DNA of 64,000 nucleotides from Candidatus Omnitrophota bacterium (GCA_041652815.1 JBAZGN010000003.1:129530-193529), one strand, 5' to 3'; positions 45,529 to 55,882 are shown, counted from the stretch's first letter. Notes: generated by a model not told the origin, from the sequence alone. Translations and numbers: made by a program.

Positions 45529-46683
45529 TTATAATTCTTCAGTGAACACTTTTATTCTGTCGATACCCTTTTCGATATCTTGAGCTGAAGTTGCAAAACT
45601 TAAACGTATATAGCCTTCCGCTCCAAAGGAATCTGCCGGTATAGTTGAAACAAGGTGCTTATCCAGAAGCTGCGATGAGAATTCCACGCTGCTTAAGCCG
45701 CTCTTTTTTATATCACAAAACATATAAAATGTTCCGCTTGGCTTAATCGGCTTAATTTTTTTCAAAGCTGACAATCCCGCAAAAAGCAGATTGCGCCTTT
45801 TTTCGAATTCTTCACGCATTGTTTGCGGCCATTTCTTATCCTGAATTGCCATAAGGCCTGCCGCCTGCGATATGGAAGATGCACAGCTTGTTGTATGGTC
45901 GATTACTTTTGAAATTGCTTCTATGAAATTGTTGGCTCCCTCAAGATAACCGAGGCGCCATCCTGTCATAGAAAAACTTTTTGAGAAACCATTGACCGTA
46001 ACTGTAAACTTATGAGCATCACCGATAGAAGCAAAACTTATATGTTTCGCTCCATCGTAAGTAAGTATTTCATATATTTCATCGCTTAAAACTATTATAT
46101 TTTTGTCTTTTACGGCCTCGTAAATTGCCTTCAATTCATTTTCATTATAAGTTACGCCTGTGGGATTACTTGGGTAGTTTAAAACAAGTAGTTTGGTTTT
46201 CTTCGATATGGCGCGGCTTAATCCATCTATGCTTAATTTAAAATTATCTTTTGCTTTAGTTTTTATAATTTTGACTTTCGCGCCGCACAACTTAACCATT
46301 TCAGGATAACTCACCCAGAAAGGTGCAGGAATCAAAGCTTCTTCGTTTCTATCAAGAAGGGCAGTCATCGCCGCAAAAAGCGCATATTTAGCTCCAGCTG
46401 TAACTATGATATTTGAGCTTTCGCAGGGAATGTGATTTTCTTCTTTTAGTTTGCGGCAAATCGCTTCGCGGATTTCGCTGGTGCCTACGGAAGGAGTATA
46501 TTTTGTAAGGCCTTGGTCTATGGCTAGCTTTGCTTTTTCCTTAATAAATGAAGGGGTATCAAAATCAGGCTCTCCAGCTGCAAAATTAACAACGTCTTTG
46601 CCTTCCTTCTTAAGTTTTTTGGTTAAAGCAGTTATCTTTAGAGTGGAAGATGAGCTCAAAGCCGAAACGCGCGAACTAATCAT
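45529..46683 (-). CDS. PLP-dependent aminotransferase class I/II (aspartate aminotransferase-like)
   Basis: Fold-type I pattern with the PLP lysine in SFSKSFSMTGWRLGY. Confidence 0.8.
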   Translation of the reverse strand: MISSRVSALSSSSTLKITALTKKLKKEGKDVVNFAAGEPDFDTPSFIKEKAKLAIDQGLTKYTPSVGTSEIREAICRKLKEENHIPCESSNIIVTAGAKYALFAAMTALLDRNEEALIPAPFWVSYPEMVKLCGAKVKIIKTKAKDNFKLSIDGLSRAISKKTKLLVLNYPSNPTGVTYNENELKAIYEAVKDKNIIVLSDEIYEILTYDGAKHISFASIGDAHKFTVTVNGFSKSFSMTGWRLGYLEGANNFIEAISKVIDHTTSCASSISQAAGLMAIQDKKWPQTMREEFEKRRNLLFAGLSALKKIKPIKPSGTFYMFCDIKKSGLSSVEFSSQLLDKHLVSTIPADSFGAEGYIRLSFATSAQDIEKGIDRIKVFTEEL

Positions 46684-46699
46684 TTTATATGCTAATTTA

Positions 46700-46812
46700 C
46701 GCGAATCTAACGCGAATTATCGCGAATAATAAAAATAATACACCCAACTAACGTAAATTTATAGAAAATATTTCATTCGCGAACATTCGCGTGCAATTAG
46801 CGAATATTCGCG
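46700..46812. promoter_or_regulatory. Operator-like array: CGCGAAT x3 (46700-46727), ATTCGCG x2 (46775-46791), palindrome GCGAATATTCGC (46800-46811)
   Basis: Same heptamer, spacing and order as at 31728-31875, upstream of the aminotransferase start. Confidence 0.55.
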
Positions 46813-46815
46813 TTA

Positions 46816-47331
46816 TCAAAGAGAGTCTCTCTCTTTTTTAAAAATTCCCTTAACCCCGTCGATTATAGTTTTTTTAGGCTTCTCTTTAAGCGGTGCGTGT
46901 CTTTCTTCTTTTCTTTCTATTTCTACGTGCTTTTGTTCTTTTTCCTTTTTATGTATTACTTTCTTTTCCTTTTTCTCTACTCTCGTAAGCTCTATAAGCG
47001 AAATCTTGGAAGCATCTCCCTTACGATAGCCTAAACCGAAAATCCGGCTATATCCGCCGTTTATGTCTTTAAAGCGCGGCGCAATATTATCAAATAATTT
47101 CTTAACCAGCATATGGTCGCAAAGCACTTTGTAAGCAAGCCGCCTGTTTGCTAACGTTGACTCTTTCGCCAAAGATATAAGCCTGTCTATCCAACTGCTT
47201 AATTCTTTCGCTTTTGCTTCACTTGTCTTAATGCGCTCGTAAATTATCAGCGAACGCAGCAACGATTTTTTAAGTGCTTTTCTCTGCGCTCTTGAACGGG
47301 AAAATTTTTGGCTTTTTTTTCTGTGCCTCAT
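46816..47331 (-). CDS. rplQ: 50S ribosomal protein L17 with a charged C-terminal extension
   Basis: L17 core (MRHRKKSQKFSRSRAQRKAL...) plus a Lys/Glu-rich tail. Confidence 0.9.
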   Translation of the reverse strand: MRHRKKSQKFSRSRAQRKALKKSLLRSLIIYERIKTSEAKAKELSSWIDRLISLAKESTLANRRLAYKVLCDHMLVKKLFDNIAPRFKDINGGYSRIFGLGYRKGDASKISLIELTRVEKKEKKVIHKKEKEQKHVEIERKEERHAPLKEKPKKTIIDGVKGIFKKERDSL

Positions 47332-48350
47332 ACTAATTCCAATTTCTTTCTATCTATTTTTACCCCAAGATTAAGCCCCATGGTTTTAAGAAGATTAACT
47401 ACTTCAGTGAGCGATTTCTTACCGAAATTCCGGTAGGATAATATCTCAGTCTCGGTTTTCTCAACCAAGTCAGCTAAAGATTTTATATTCGCCTCCCGAA
47501 GACAGTTTGCGCTACGCACCGAAAGCTCCAATTCTGTTATAGGAATTTTTAATTTCTCATAGAGCGAAACTTCCTCTGGCGTAAGCTCTTCTGTCTCTTC
47601 TTCGGGAATTTCGCCAAGAGTAAAGAAAAGCTCTAAATGCTTGCTTAAAACCTTGGCAGCATAAATTAGAGCTTCTTTTGGCTCTATACTTGCGTTTGTA
47701 AAAATTTCTATAATAAGTTTATCGTAATCCGTTCTTTTTCCAACCCTAGTATTTTCTACTTTAAAAGTGACTCTTTTAACAGGAGTAAAAATCGAATCTA
47801 TCGGAATAACTCCAATAGGCATGTCTTCTCTTTTATTATTCTCTGCAAGAACAAATCCTCTGCCGCGGCCTACTTCCATCTCTATATCAATTTTAGCCTT
47901 CTTTGAAGTAAGCGTTGCGATATGCTGGTCGGGATTTATAACTTCAATACTCTCGTCAGTTGTAATATCCGAAGCTTTTACTTGCTTTTCCCCTTCTACT
48001 TTCAGGGTTATTTTCTTGGGAGATTTGGAATATGACCTTAGAACAACGTTCTTGATATTTAAAATTATTTCCGGAACATCTTCCAGGACCCCTTCAATTG
48101 TAGAAAATTCATGGGAGCACCCTTCTATTTTAACAGAAGTGATAGCTGCACCCTCAATAGAAGAAATAAGCACACGCCTAAGGGCGTTACCCAGAGTAAC
48201 TCCATAACCTCTTTCCAGGGGTTCAGCGACGAATTTGCCATAATTAGGGCAATAGGTTTCTTGCTCAACTGTTATTCTTTTGGGAAATTGGAAATCTCGC
48301 CAGGTTATTCCCATTGTTTTACCTCCTTCAATGAGATAGCATTTTTTCAA
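47328..48350 (-). CDS. rpoA: DNA-directed RNA polymerase alpha subunit
   Basis: NTD and CTD motifs (LGNALRRVLISS...). Confidence 0.92.
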   Translation of the reverse strand: MKKCYLIEGGKTMGITWRDFQFPKRITVEQETYCPNYGKFVAEPLERGYGVTLGNALRRVLISSIEGAAITSVKIEGCSHEFSTIEGVLEDVPEIILNIKNVVLRSYSKSPKKITLKVEGEKQVKASDITTDESIEVINPDQHIATLTSKKAKIDIEMEVGRGRGFVLAENNKREDMPIGVIPIDSIFTPVKRVTFKVENTRVGKRTDYDKLIIEIFTNASIEPKEALIYAAKVLSKHLELFFTLGEIPEEETEELTPEEVSLYEKLKIPITELELSVRSANCLREANIKSLADLVEKTETEILSYRNFGKKSLTEVVNLLKTMGLNLGVKIDRKKLELV

Positions 48351-48354
48351 ATGG

Positions 48355-48510
48355 TAGTGCAGAAAAAATGCGTAATCGAATTGAACCCCGCCCTTTTGGC
48401 GAAGTCATAATTATTTTATTTACCCCACCAAAAGGGCGGGGTAAATTCGGCCTAACATTTTTCCTTCGGACGCCTGCCTTACGGCAGTCAGCCTTGAAAA
48501 AATGTTGGCC
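48355..48510. other. Structured spacer between rpsD and rpoA: two hairpins with 14-bp stems
   Basis: ccccgcccttttgg...ccaaaagggcgggg and ggcctaacattttt...aaaaaatgttggcc. Confidence 0.5.
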
Positions 48511-49140
48511 TCATTTAGAATAAAGTTCCACTATCAACTGTTCATTGACAGGTAATATAATATCTTCTTTTTCGGGAAGACGTATAATTTTTGCGCTGAA
48601 TGTATCTTTATCTATTTCTAGCCAACCTGCTATGCTGCGCTCTTTAGCATTTGCATCGTATGTTTCTTTAAGCGCTTTCTTAGTATTATCCTTTGCTTTT
48701 ATTTCTATAGTCGAGCCTGCGCTTACAAGATAAGAAGGGATATTTACTCTTTTACCGTTAACAAAAACAAACCCGTGCAAAACCATCTGCCGGGCCGCTT
48801 CCCGCGATGTAGTGAATAACATTCTAAAAATAACGTTATCAAGCCTTCGCTCAAGAAGCTGTAACAGCGCTCTTCCGGTTGCTCCTTTAGTCTTTGTCGC
48901 AATCTGGAAAAACCTTTTAAACTGTTTTTCCAACATTCCATACATCCATTTTACCCTCTGTTTTTCCCTTAACTGCAATGCGTAATAAGAAGGCTTGGAA
49001 GATATCCTTGTATGCATGCCTGGAGGTGTTGGCCTTTTTGAAAAGGCACATTTTTCCATCGAACAACGTGTACCTTTCAGAAAAAGTTTCATTCCTTCCC
49101 GTCTGCACAATTTACATTTTGACCCTAAATTTCTGCCCAT
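48511..49140 (-). CDS. rpsD: 30S ribosomal protein S4
   Basis: S4 signature including an N-terminal Zn-ribbon-like CKLCRREG. Confidence 0.92.
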   Translation of the reverse strand: MGRNLGSKCKLCRREGMKLFLKGTRCSMEKCAFSKRPTPPGMHTRISSKPSYYALQLREKQRVKWMYGMLEKQFKRFFQIATKTKGATGRALLQLLERRLDNVIFRMLFTTSREAARQMVLHGFVFVNGKRVNIPSYLVSAGSTIEIKAKDNTKKALKETYDANAKERSIAGWLEIDKDTFSAKIIRLPEKEDIILPVNEQLIVELYSK

Positions 49141-49164
49141 TTTAACCTCGCTATTTTGTAATAA

Positions 49165-49287
49165 CCTTTAGGTTGCGTTTTTCGTCTATCGTTTGCCTGC
49201 CCGCCTTCGGCGGGCGAGCTCGTTTCGTCTTACGCATAACGCAACCGTGACGAGTTGCGTAACCGCAACCGTTTAACATAGCTTTAA
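49165..49287. repeat. GCAACCG-rich palindromic element, copy 2 (see 40345-40465)
   Basis: Contains ggttgcgtttttcgtctatcgtttgcc, hairpin gcccgccttcggcgggc, and acgagttgcgtaaccgcaaccgtttaac. Confidence 0.5.
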
Positions 49288-49677
49288 TTACACTCTACGC
49301 TTCTTCCTCGGCCTGCAACCATTATGCGGAGAAGGTGTCACATCTTTTACTTTTTTTACATTCAAACCTGCTGCTTGTATGGAACGTATTGCCGCCTCTC
49401 TCCCGGGTCCAGGGCCTTTAACTAAAACCTCAACATCAGTTAAACCAAAGTCTTTTGCTTTTTTTGCAGCGTCGAAAGAAGCTATCTGCGCGGCATAGGG
49501 GGTTGATTTTTTCGTTCCTTTAAAACCAACTGTGCCGGCTGATGCCCACGCTAAAGTATTACCCGAAAAATCAGTGATTGTCACTATAGTGTTATTGAAT
49601 GTTGACTTCACATGGACAACACCCAGAGTTGAAGTCAGATGAACCTTTTTTCTTTTTTCTCTTTTTTGTTTCGCCAT
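49288..49677 (-). CDS. rpsK: 30S ribosomal protein S11
   Basis: S11 signature. Confidence 0.92.
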   Translation of the reverse strand: MAKQKREKRKKVHLTSTLGVVHVKSTFNNTIVTITDFSGNTLAWASAGTVGFKGTKKSTPYAAQIASFDAAKKAKDFGLTDVEVLVKGPGPGREAAIRSIQAAGLNVKKVKDVTPSPHNGCRPRKKRRV

Positions 49678-49691
49678 AATGCTCCTACTTT

Positions 49692-50069
49692 TTATTCGCC
49701 TTTTCTTTTAACTCCGCCGACTCTTGGCCTAGGGCCTTTACGGGTCCTCGCATTACACTTTGTGCGCTGGCCTCTTACCGGAAGGCCTTTTTTGTGGCGA
49801 GAGCCGCGGTAGCAGCCTATATCAACCAGCCTTCTTATATTTTGCGTTATCTCTCTTCGTAATTCACCTTCTATTTTATAATTAGCCTGGATATAAGAAA
49901 CTATCTTTGACATTTCTTCATCGGTTAAGGTTCCTGCCTCTTTTTCAGGGTCTATGCCTGTAGCAGAAAGTATACGAAAGCAATTGGTAGGCCCTACACC
50001 ATTAAGATACTGAAGAGCAATTTTTATTTTCTTTTCTTTTGGAATATCGACACCGAGAATTCTTGGCAT
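49692..50069 (-). CDS. rpsM: 30S ribosomal protein S13
   Basis: S13 signature [10 protein letters not shown]. Confidence 0.92.
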   Translation of the reverse strand: MPRILGVDIPKEKKIKIALQYLNGVGPTNCFRILSATGIDPEKEAGTLTDEEMSKIVSYIQANYKIEGELRREITQNIRRLVDIGCYRGSRHKKGLPVRGQRTKCNARTRKGPRPRVGGVKRKGE

Positions 50070-50169
50070 ATTTACCTCACTTTGTTCGGTTAGAAACCAG
50101 AAACCTGATTACAGAGTACAGAATGATTGCTTAATCTGGTTTCTGTTCTCTGGTTTCTGTAATCTCTTA
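50070..50169 (-). repeat. Leader element, copy 2: twin CAGAAACCAG inverted repeats plus box TCTAACCGAACAAAGTGAGGT abutting the rpsM start
   Basis: Alignable to the accC leader at 34146-34245. Confidence 0.6.
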
Positions 50170-50283
50170 TCATCCTTGTCTTTGCTTGTGCTTCTGGTTC
50201 TTGCAAATAACCCGCACAACGCCTTTTCGTCTTACAATCTTACACCTTTCGCAAATTCTTTTTACTGAACTTCTTACTTTCAT
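50170..50283 (-). CDS. rpmJ: 50S ribosomal protein L36
   Basis: 37 aa, [37 protein letters not shown]. Below the ORF-track length cut-off. Confidence 0.88.
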   Translation of the reverse strand: MKVRSSVKRICERCKIVRRKGVVRVICKNQKHKQRQG

Positions 50284-50290
50284 TTTTATT

Positions 50291-50405
50291 CCTGTTTTGC
50301 ACAGATTAGCACAGATTACAAAGCAAATGATCGCAGATAGAATCATCTGTGATCATCTGTGTCTGCCGTTTGTGATTATCTGTGTTTTTCATTTATATCT
50401 GTACG
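50291..50405. repeat. CACAGAT/ATCTGTG heptamer-repeat element, copy A
   Basis: Contains cacagattagcacagatt...gatgatcgcagat...atctgtgatcatctgtg...tatctgtg. Copy B at 55757-55882. Confidence 0.6.
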
Positions 50406-50604
50406 TAATCCTTCCCCTTGTCAAATCATAAGGAGAAAGCTCAACCTTTACTTTATCTCCCGGAAGAATCCTTATAAAATGCATCCGCATTTTTCCTGAA
50501 ACATGAGTAAGAACAATATGGCCATTCTCAAGCTTTACCCGAAACATTGCATTAGGAAGCGCCTCTACGATTTCTCCTTCAACTTCTATTAGTTCTTCTT
50601 TCAT
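50389..50604 (-). CDS. infA: Translation initiation factor IF-1
   Basis: S1-like OB fold ([20 protein letters not shown]). Confidence 0.92.
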   Translation of the reverse strand: MKEELIEVEGEIVEALPNAMFRVKLENGHIVLTHVSGKMRMHFIRILPGDKVKVELSPYDLTRGRITYRYK

Positions 50605-51353
50605 ATCCGAGTTAAAATCACAGGGCCTTTTTTTGTTATAGCTACAGTATGCTCAAAATGAGCAGAAAGTGAACCATCTCTTGTTTTCGCAGTCCAGCCG
50701 TCTTTGGCTACTTCAACATCGTAATTCCCGGCTGTAACCATCGGCTCAATCGCAATGGCCATGCCATCGGAAAGCTCATCCCCTTTGCCAGGCGTGCCGA
50801 AATTAGGCACTTCCGGATGCTGATGCAAGGCCCTTCCTATGCCGTGGCCCACAAACTTTCTGACAACCGCAAACCCCTGTTTTTCAATAAAACTTTGCAC
50901 GGCGCTTCCGACATCCCCTGTGGTTGCTTGCGGCTTTGCCTTCTTTATGCCCTCGTAAAGCGCTTTAAGAGACGCTTTTAAAAGTTTTTTTGCCGGCGGT
51001 TGCGCTCTGCCCGCGATATAAGTATATGCTGTATCTACAAAGAGCCCTTTATACTTTATCCCCAAGTCTATACTGACCAAGTCCCCTTCTTTGATCGTCC
51101 TTTCCTCTGAAGGGATACCGTGTATAACCTCATCATTTATGGACACGCACAAAGATGCGGGATAGCCCATAAACCCCTTAAACGCTGATTCCATTTCAGG
51201 GTATTCTTTAAGATAATTGTCAAAGCTTTCTTCGATATATTTTGTTGTGACACCCGGCCTGACACACTTCTTAAGCTTCTTTAAGATAAGAGCTGCTACG
51301 CGGCCAGCGGCCCGCATACAGGCGATTTCTTCGTTAGAAAGCCCTTCGGTCAT
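50601..51353 (-). CDS. map: Methionine aminopeptidase type I
   Basis: M24A metal ligands. Confidence 0.9.
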   Translation of the reverse strand: MTEGLSNEEIACMRAAGRVAALILKKLKKCVRPGVTTKYIEESFDNYLKEYPEMESAFKGFMGYPASLCVSINDEVIHGIPSEERTIKEGDLVSIDLGIKYKGLFVDTAYTYIAGRAQPPAKKLLKASLKALYEGIKKAKPQATTGDVGSAVQSFIEKQGFAVVRKFVGHGIGRALHQHPEVPNFGTPGKGDELSDGMAIAIEPMVTAGNYDVEVAKDGWTAKTRDGSLSAHFEHTVAITKKGPVILTRI

Positions 51354-51976
51354 ATCAACTTTTTTATGCGCACTAAAACAATATCCTTATTGCCTCGTGC
51401 ATCTATGGCAATAAGTTTATTTTTCTTCTTGTAATAATCCAACAGGCTCTTATTTTCGTTAAGAAAAACTTCCCAACGTTTCTTGATAACTTCAGGGGTA
51501 TCGTCTTTTCTCTGAATCAACTCTGAGCCGCAGCTGTCGCATATGCCTGTTTTTTTAGGAGGCATATTTACCATATGATAGTTCGCCCCGCATTGCTTAC
51601 ATACAAGTCTTTTGGTGAGCCTCTCTAAAATTGTCGGCTCATCAACTTCAAGATAAATAAAAGCATCAATACTCGCGCCTTTTTTTACCAAAATCTTATC
51701 CAGGGTTTTTGCCTGGTTAAGGTTACGCGGGTAGCCGTCGAGTATAAAATTTTCTTCGTTAAGGTTTTCTTCTATTACCTTTGAAACCAAAATATCCGGA
51801 ACCAGCAGCCCTTTTTCCATGTAGCTTTTCACTTCTTTTCCAAGCGGGCTGTCTTTTTTTACTTCTTCCCGAAAAATATCACCCAAGGATATACGTTTTA
51901 ATTTATAATGCTCGCTAAGAGCTATTGCCTGGGTACCTTTGCCTGAACCGGGTGCTCCAAAAAGAATTATCTTCAT
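51350..51976 (-). CDS. adk: Adenylate kinase (with Zn-binding lid CxxC...CxxC)
   Basis: P-loop GAPGSGKGTQ. Lid motif CKQCGANYH...CDSCGSEL. Confidence 0.92.
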   Translation of the reverse strand: MKIILFGAPGSGKGTQAIALSEHYKLKRISLGDIFREEVKKDSPLGKEVKSYMEKGLLVPDILVSKVIEENLNEENFILDGYPRNLNQAKTLDKILVKKGASIDAFIYLEVDEPTILERLTKRLVCKQCGANYHMVNMPPKKTGICDSCGSELIQRKDDTPEVIKKRWEVFLNENKSLLDYYKKKNKLIAIDARGNKDIVLVRIKKLI

Positions 51977-51990
51977 TGCATCCTTTTATG

Positions 51991-52081
51991 ATAGAAGCGG
52001 ATTGCCGCGGATATTTACGCGGATTTCCGCACGCAAGTCGCTGGCGTTTATCCGCGTTTAAATCCGCGGATATCCGCTTCT
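51991..52081. repeat. About 90-bp palindromic GCGGAT-rich element, copy 1 (between secY and adk)
   Basis: tagaagcggattgccgcggatatttacgcggat...atccgcgtttaaatccgcggatatccgcttcta. Second copy at 56097-56183. Confidence 0.7.
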
Positions 52082-52084
52082 ATA

Positions 52085-53440
52085 TTAACGCCTTGCTTTT
52101 AAAGAACCGCCCTTAATAAAACCTTCGTAATGGCGGACCATGAGTTGGCCTTCTATTTGTTTCATCGTATCTAAAACGACACCAATCATAATCAAAAGCG
52201 TTGTGCCGCCAAAAAACGATGCCAGCGCATAGCTAGGCACATTAAATATTTTCATAATGAAATTAGGGAAAACTGCAACCAGAGATACGTATAAAGCTCC
52301 GACAAAAACAATTCTGGTTGCGACAAAATCAAGATATTCTCCGGTTGTTCTGCCCGGCCTTATTCCGGGAATAAAACCACCGTATTTTTTTAGATTGTTT
52401 GATATTTCCTGAGGATTAAAAACTATGGCTGTGTAAAAATACATAAAGAAAAATATAAGTAAAACGTAAATTAGGTTATACCAAAGACCACGTTCCTGGA
52501 GAAGCATCTGCAAGAAACTTACTATTTTAAGTTTTTTCGGCATAAATGTTGCAAGTGTTGCCGGAAAAAGAATAACGCTTTGCGCGAAAATTATCGCGAT
52601 AACTCCGGACATATCAACTCTTACGGGTAAATACGTGCTTTGTCCGCCATAGACGCGCCTTCCAACCACGCGTTTTCCATATTGAACGGGGATTCTTCTT
52701 TGTGCCTGAGTAAAAAGTATAACCGCCATAACCACTAGAACCCATAAAACAAGCAAGGCAATAAGTGTAGTTACAGGGATTTGCCTCTTCGAAGCATCAA
52801 AAGGCGAATACAAAAGATATAACTGATAGAGAGAAGCGGGTATCCTTGAAATAATACTTGTCATAATGATAAGTGATATACCGTTGCCTATGCCTCTTTC
52901 CTGGATTTGCTCTCCAAGCCACATAATAAAAACCGTTCCGCAGGTAAGCGTGAGCACTGTAATGAATTTGAAAACAATTCCCGGATCATGGACCATGCTG
53001 ATACCCTGAAAATTATTCGGGTTTTCAAGCCACATCGCCAGAAACAGTCCCTGGACTACACAGAGGAAAAAAGTTAAATATCTTGTGTATTGGTTTATTT
53101 TTTCGTAGCCGGCTTTACCTTCTTTTGCAAGCCTTTCAAGTGCAGGAATTACTGCAGTTAAAAGCTGCATAATAATTGAGCTTGAGATATACGGCATAAC
53201 ACCCAAAGCGAATATACTTAAACGGTCTAAAGCGCCACCTGTAAAAATACCAAGTATACCGAGAAGAGTTTGCCCTTGAGTTTTAGCGAGATTCTCGAAA
53301 AATCTATTAAGCGCAAAAGTATCTATGCCAGGGGTTGGGATATAGCAGCCTACCCTGTATACTATAAGCAGAGAAAGAGTTATAAGGACCTTTCTCTTTA
53401 GCTCCTCTATCTTAAAGATATTTTTTACCGCTTCAAACAT
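52085..53440 (-). CDS. secY: Preprotein translocase subunit SecY
   Basis: 10-TM SecY pattern. Confidence 0.92.
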   Translation of the reverse strand: MFEAVKNIFKIEELKRKVLITLSLLIVYRVGCYIPTPGIDTFALNRFFENLAKTQGQTLLGILGIFTGGALDRLSIFALGVMPYISSSIIMQLLTAVIPALERLAKEGKAGYEKINQYTRYLTFFLCVVQGLFLAMWLENPNNFQGISMVHDPGIVFKFITVLTLTCGTVFIMWLGEQIQERGIGNGISLIIMTSIISRIPASLYQLYLLYSPFDASKRQIPVTTLIALLVLWVLVVMAVILFTQAQRRIPVQYGKRVVGRRVYGGQSTYLPVRVDMSGVIAIIFAQSVILFPATLATFMPKKLKIVSFLQMLLQERGLWYNLIYVLLIFFFMYFYTAIVFNPQEISNNLKKYGGFIPGIRPGRTTGEYLDFVATRIVFVGALYVSLVAVFPNFIMKIFNVPSYALASFFGGTTLLIMIGVVLDTMKQIEGQLMVRHYEGFIKGGSLKARR

Positions 53441-53880
53441 TGAGCCTCTCCTCCGGCACTTTCTATAATTTTTCTAGCTTTATCGGAAAACTTATCTGCC
53501 TTAAAAGTAGCTTTAATTGCAAACTTTTCTTTTATGCTGGCAAGTATTTTTATCGGCATATCCGCGTCTTTTATGAGTTTTGCGGCCTTGAGAGCTTCCG
53601 GGCCTATTTCTTTGGTATTTTTTATCTTTTCCTGTATGTCACGAAGATTGACTACCTGAAAATATTCTTTTGCGTAAATATTAAAACCTCTTTTGGGCAT
53701 CTTACGCGCGTAGGGAATATTACCGCCGTTAAAACCTATATATGGCCAAACATTGCCGCTTCTTGAACCTGCGCCTTTATTCCCGCGGCCTGCAGTCTTT
53801 CCCCATCCACTGCCTGTTCCTCTACCCAGGCGCTTGCCGGTTTTATTCTTTGTTTTTATGCTTATTTTGGATAAATCCAT
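53425..53880 (-). CDS. rplO: 50S ribosomal protein L15
   Basis: Gly-rich KRLGRGTGSGWGKTAGRG. Confidence 0.9.
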   Translation of the reverse strand: MDLSKISIKTKNKTGKRLGRGTGSGWGKTAGRGNKGAGSRSGNVWPYIGFNGGNIPYARKMPKRGFNIYAKEYFQVVNLRDIQEKIKNTKEIGPEALKAAKLIKDADMPIKILASIKEKFAIKATFKADKFSDKARKIIESAGGEAQCLKR

Positions 53881-53882
53881 AG

Positions 53883-54368
53883 CTATGCCTTCTTTAACTG
53901 GTTTAATCCCATAAATGTAGCCTTAACCACGTTTATCGGATTTGTGGATTTTTTTAAAATCTTAGTCAATATATCCTTGATGCCTGAACAGTCACATATG
54001 GCACGTATTGTCGATGAGGCTATAACGCCCGTTCCTTTTGATGCCGGCTTAAGAAGTATCCGGACAGCCCCGAATTCACCATAAACCTCATGAGGTATTG
54101 TTGTATCCTTTTTATTTATGACTACCAAACTTTTCTTGGCTTTTTTAATTCCTTTCTTTATGGCTTCGGCTACCTCGTTTGCTTTGCCTAGAGCAAAGCC
54201 TACTGAGCCGTCTGTATCTCCTACTACAACCAACGCTGAAAAGCCTAAATTTTTTCCGCCCTTAGTTACTTTAGTTACCCTATTTATAAAAATAACTTTT
54301 TCAACAAAAACTTTTTCCCTGGGTTCGGTTTGGACTTCTGTTTGTTTTGTGAAATTTGTGCCGCTCAA
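53883..54368 (-). CDS. rpsE: 30S ribosomal protein S5
   Basis: S5 signature. Confidence 0.9.
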   Translation of the reverse strand: MSGTNFTKQTEVQTEPREKVFVEKVIFINRVTKVTKGGKNLGFSALVVVGDTDGSVGFALGKANEVAEAIKKGIKKAKKSLVVINKKDTTIPHEVYGEFGAVRILLKPASKGTGVIASSTIRAICDCSGIKDILTKILKKSTNPINVVKATFMGLNQLKKA

Positions 54369-54718
54369 AATTTCAACCCTCCTTCTCTTGCTCCGTCCGA
54401 TAGAGCCTGCACTCTTCCGTGATACTTGTATCCTGCCCTATCAAAACAAACCTCTTTTATGCCAAGCGATGTGGCTTTGGCAGCTATAAGCTTACCTATT
54501 TCTTTGGCCGCTTCTTTATTTCCGCTTTTCATATTCTTAGCTTTGAATTCTTTGCTTAAAGTGGAACAACCGGCAATTACCGTACTGGCATCGTCTTTTA
54601 CCAGCTGCGCATAAATATGCTTCTTGCTGCGAAAAACAACCAGCCTGGGCTTAACAGCAGTTCCTTGTACTTTCCTGGTTACCCTTTCATGCCTTCTTTC
54701 TCTTTGCGGTAATTTCAT
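54365..54718 (-). CDS. rplR: 50S ribosomal protein L18
   Basis: L18 signature. Confidence 0.9.
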   Translation of the reverse strand: MKLPQRERRHERVTRKVQGTAVKPRLVVFRSKKHIYAQLVKDDASTVIAGCSTLSKEFKAKNMKSGNKEAAKEIGKLIAAKATSLGIKEVCFDRAGYKYHGRVQALSDGAREGGLKF

Positions 54719-54802
54719 TTTACTTTCCTTTAAACCTTGATTGTGTTAATTAAGATCCTTCAGCCCTTCGGGCTTCAGGATAAGCAGCCTGTTCCCGGCT
54801 GC

Positions 54803-55342
54803 TTATTTAGCTAAAGCTTTTCCTAATTTTTTCTTTACTTCCTCGCCCACGTATCTGATACCTTTGCCTTTATAGGGCTCAGGCGGGTAAATTTTACGTA
54901 ACACTGCTGCGAATTGGCCTAGTTTTTGCCTATCCGCGCCTTCAACTATAACGCGGTTCGGGTTGGGAACGGTAACTTTCAAATCTTTCGAAACAGGTAT
55001 CTCAACCGGATGCGAAAACCCCATAACCAAAACTAAATTCGTTCCCTTAATCATAGCTTTATAACCTGTGCCGACTATATCAAGCTCTTTTTTGTAGCCA
55101 TCGACAACACCTTTTACCATATTATTAATTATGGCTCTTATCGTACCATGCGAACTTCGTATCTGTTTTTCCTCGCTTTCTCTTTTAACTATCACCTTAT
55201 CGCTAGAAAGCTCCAAAGTTACCCCCTTAGGAATATTCAAGCTTAATTTTCCTTTTACGCCTTCTATTAGCAAGCTGCCGCTAGCAAAACTTGCCTTAAC
55301 TCCTTTGGGCAACTGAACTGGTTGTTTTCCTATTCTTGACAT
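54803..55342 (-). CDS. rplF: 50S ribosomal protein L6
   Basis: L6 signature. Confidence 0.9.
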   Translation of the reverse strand: MSRIGKQPVQLPKGVKASFASGSLLIEGVKGKLSLNIPKGVTLELSSDKVIVKRESEEKQIRSSHGTIRAIINNMVKGVVDGYKKELDIVGTGYKAMIKGTNLVLVMGFSHPVEIPVSKDLKVTVPNPNRVIVEGADRQKLGQFAAVLRKIYPPEPYKGKGIRYVGEEVKKKLGKALAK

Positions 55343-55357
55343 ATTATTTATTGTTAT

Positions 55358-55753
55358 TTACCAAATCTTACCTATATATTCTCCACCGATACCCTTGGCC
55401 TTGGCTTCTTTGTCGGTAAGTATATTAGCGGATGTAGAGATAAGGGCAATACCGTAACCGCGTAAAACCGACGGAATTCTTTCTTTTTTGACATAAATCC
55501 TTCTTCCCGGCTTCGATATTTTTTTAATTTCGCTAAGCACGCTCTTTTTACCGTCATATTTTAAGTATACTTTTATATTTTTGAAATTCTCCAAGTCTAC
55601 TTCTTTAAAGTTTTCCACATAGCCTTCTCTTTTAAGAATTTCACAAATTTTTAAAAGCACTTTGGAGTAAGGTATCAAAGTGTCTTCCTTTTTTACCTTT
55701 ACGGCATTCCTGATAATCGTAAATGCATCCGCTATTAAATCTGTTCTACTCAT
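55358..55753 (-). CDS. rpsH: 30S ribosomal protein S8
   Basis: S8 signature. Confidence 0.9.
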   Translation of the reverse strand: MSRTDLIADAFTIIRNAVKVKKEDTLIPYSKVLLKICEILKREGYVENFKEVDLENFKNIKVYLKYDGKKSVLSEIKKISKPGRRIYVKKERIPSVLRGYGIALISTSANILTDKEAKAKGIGGEYIGKIW

Positions 55754-55756
55754 TAT

Positions 55757-55882
55757 GTCTCCTTATATACACAGATTAGCGTAGATTTTGAAACGGATGA
55801 TCGCAGATGATTTTTATCTGTGGTCATCTGTGACTTCTCATTTCTGGCTATCTGTAATTTTTTATCCGTGATCATCTGTGTA
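55757..55882. repeat. CACAGAT/ATCTGTG heptamer-repeat element, copy B (between rpsN and rpsH)
   Basis: Contains cacagattagcgtagatt...gatgatcgcagatga...atctgtggtcatctgtg...gtgatcatctgtg. Confidence 0.6.
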
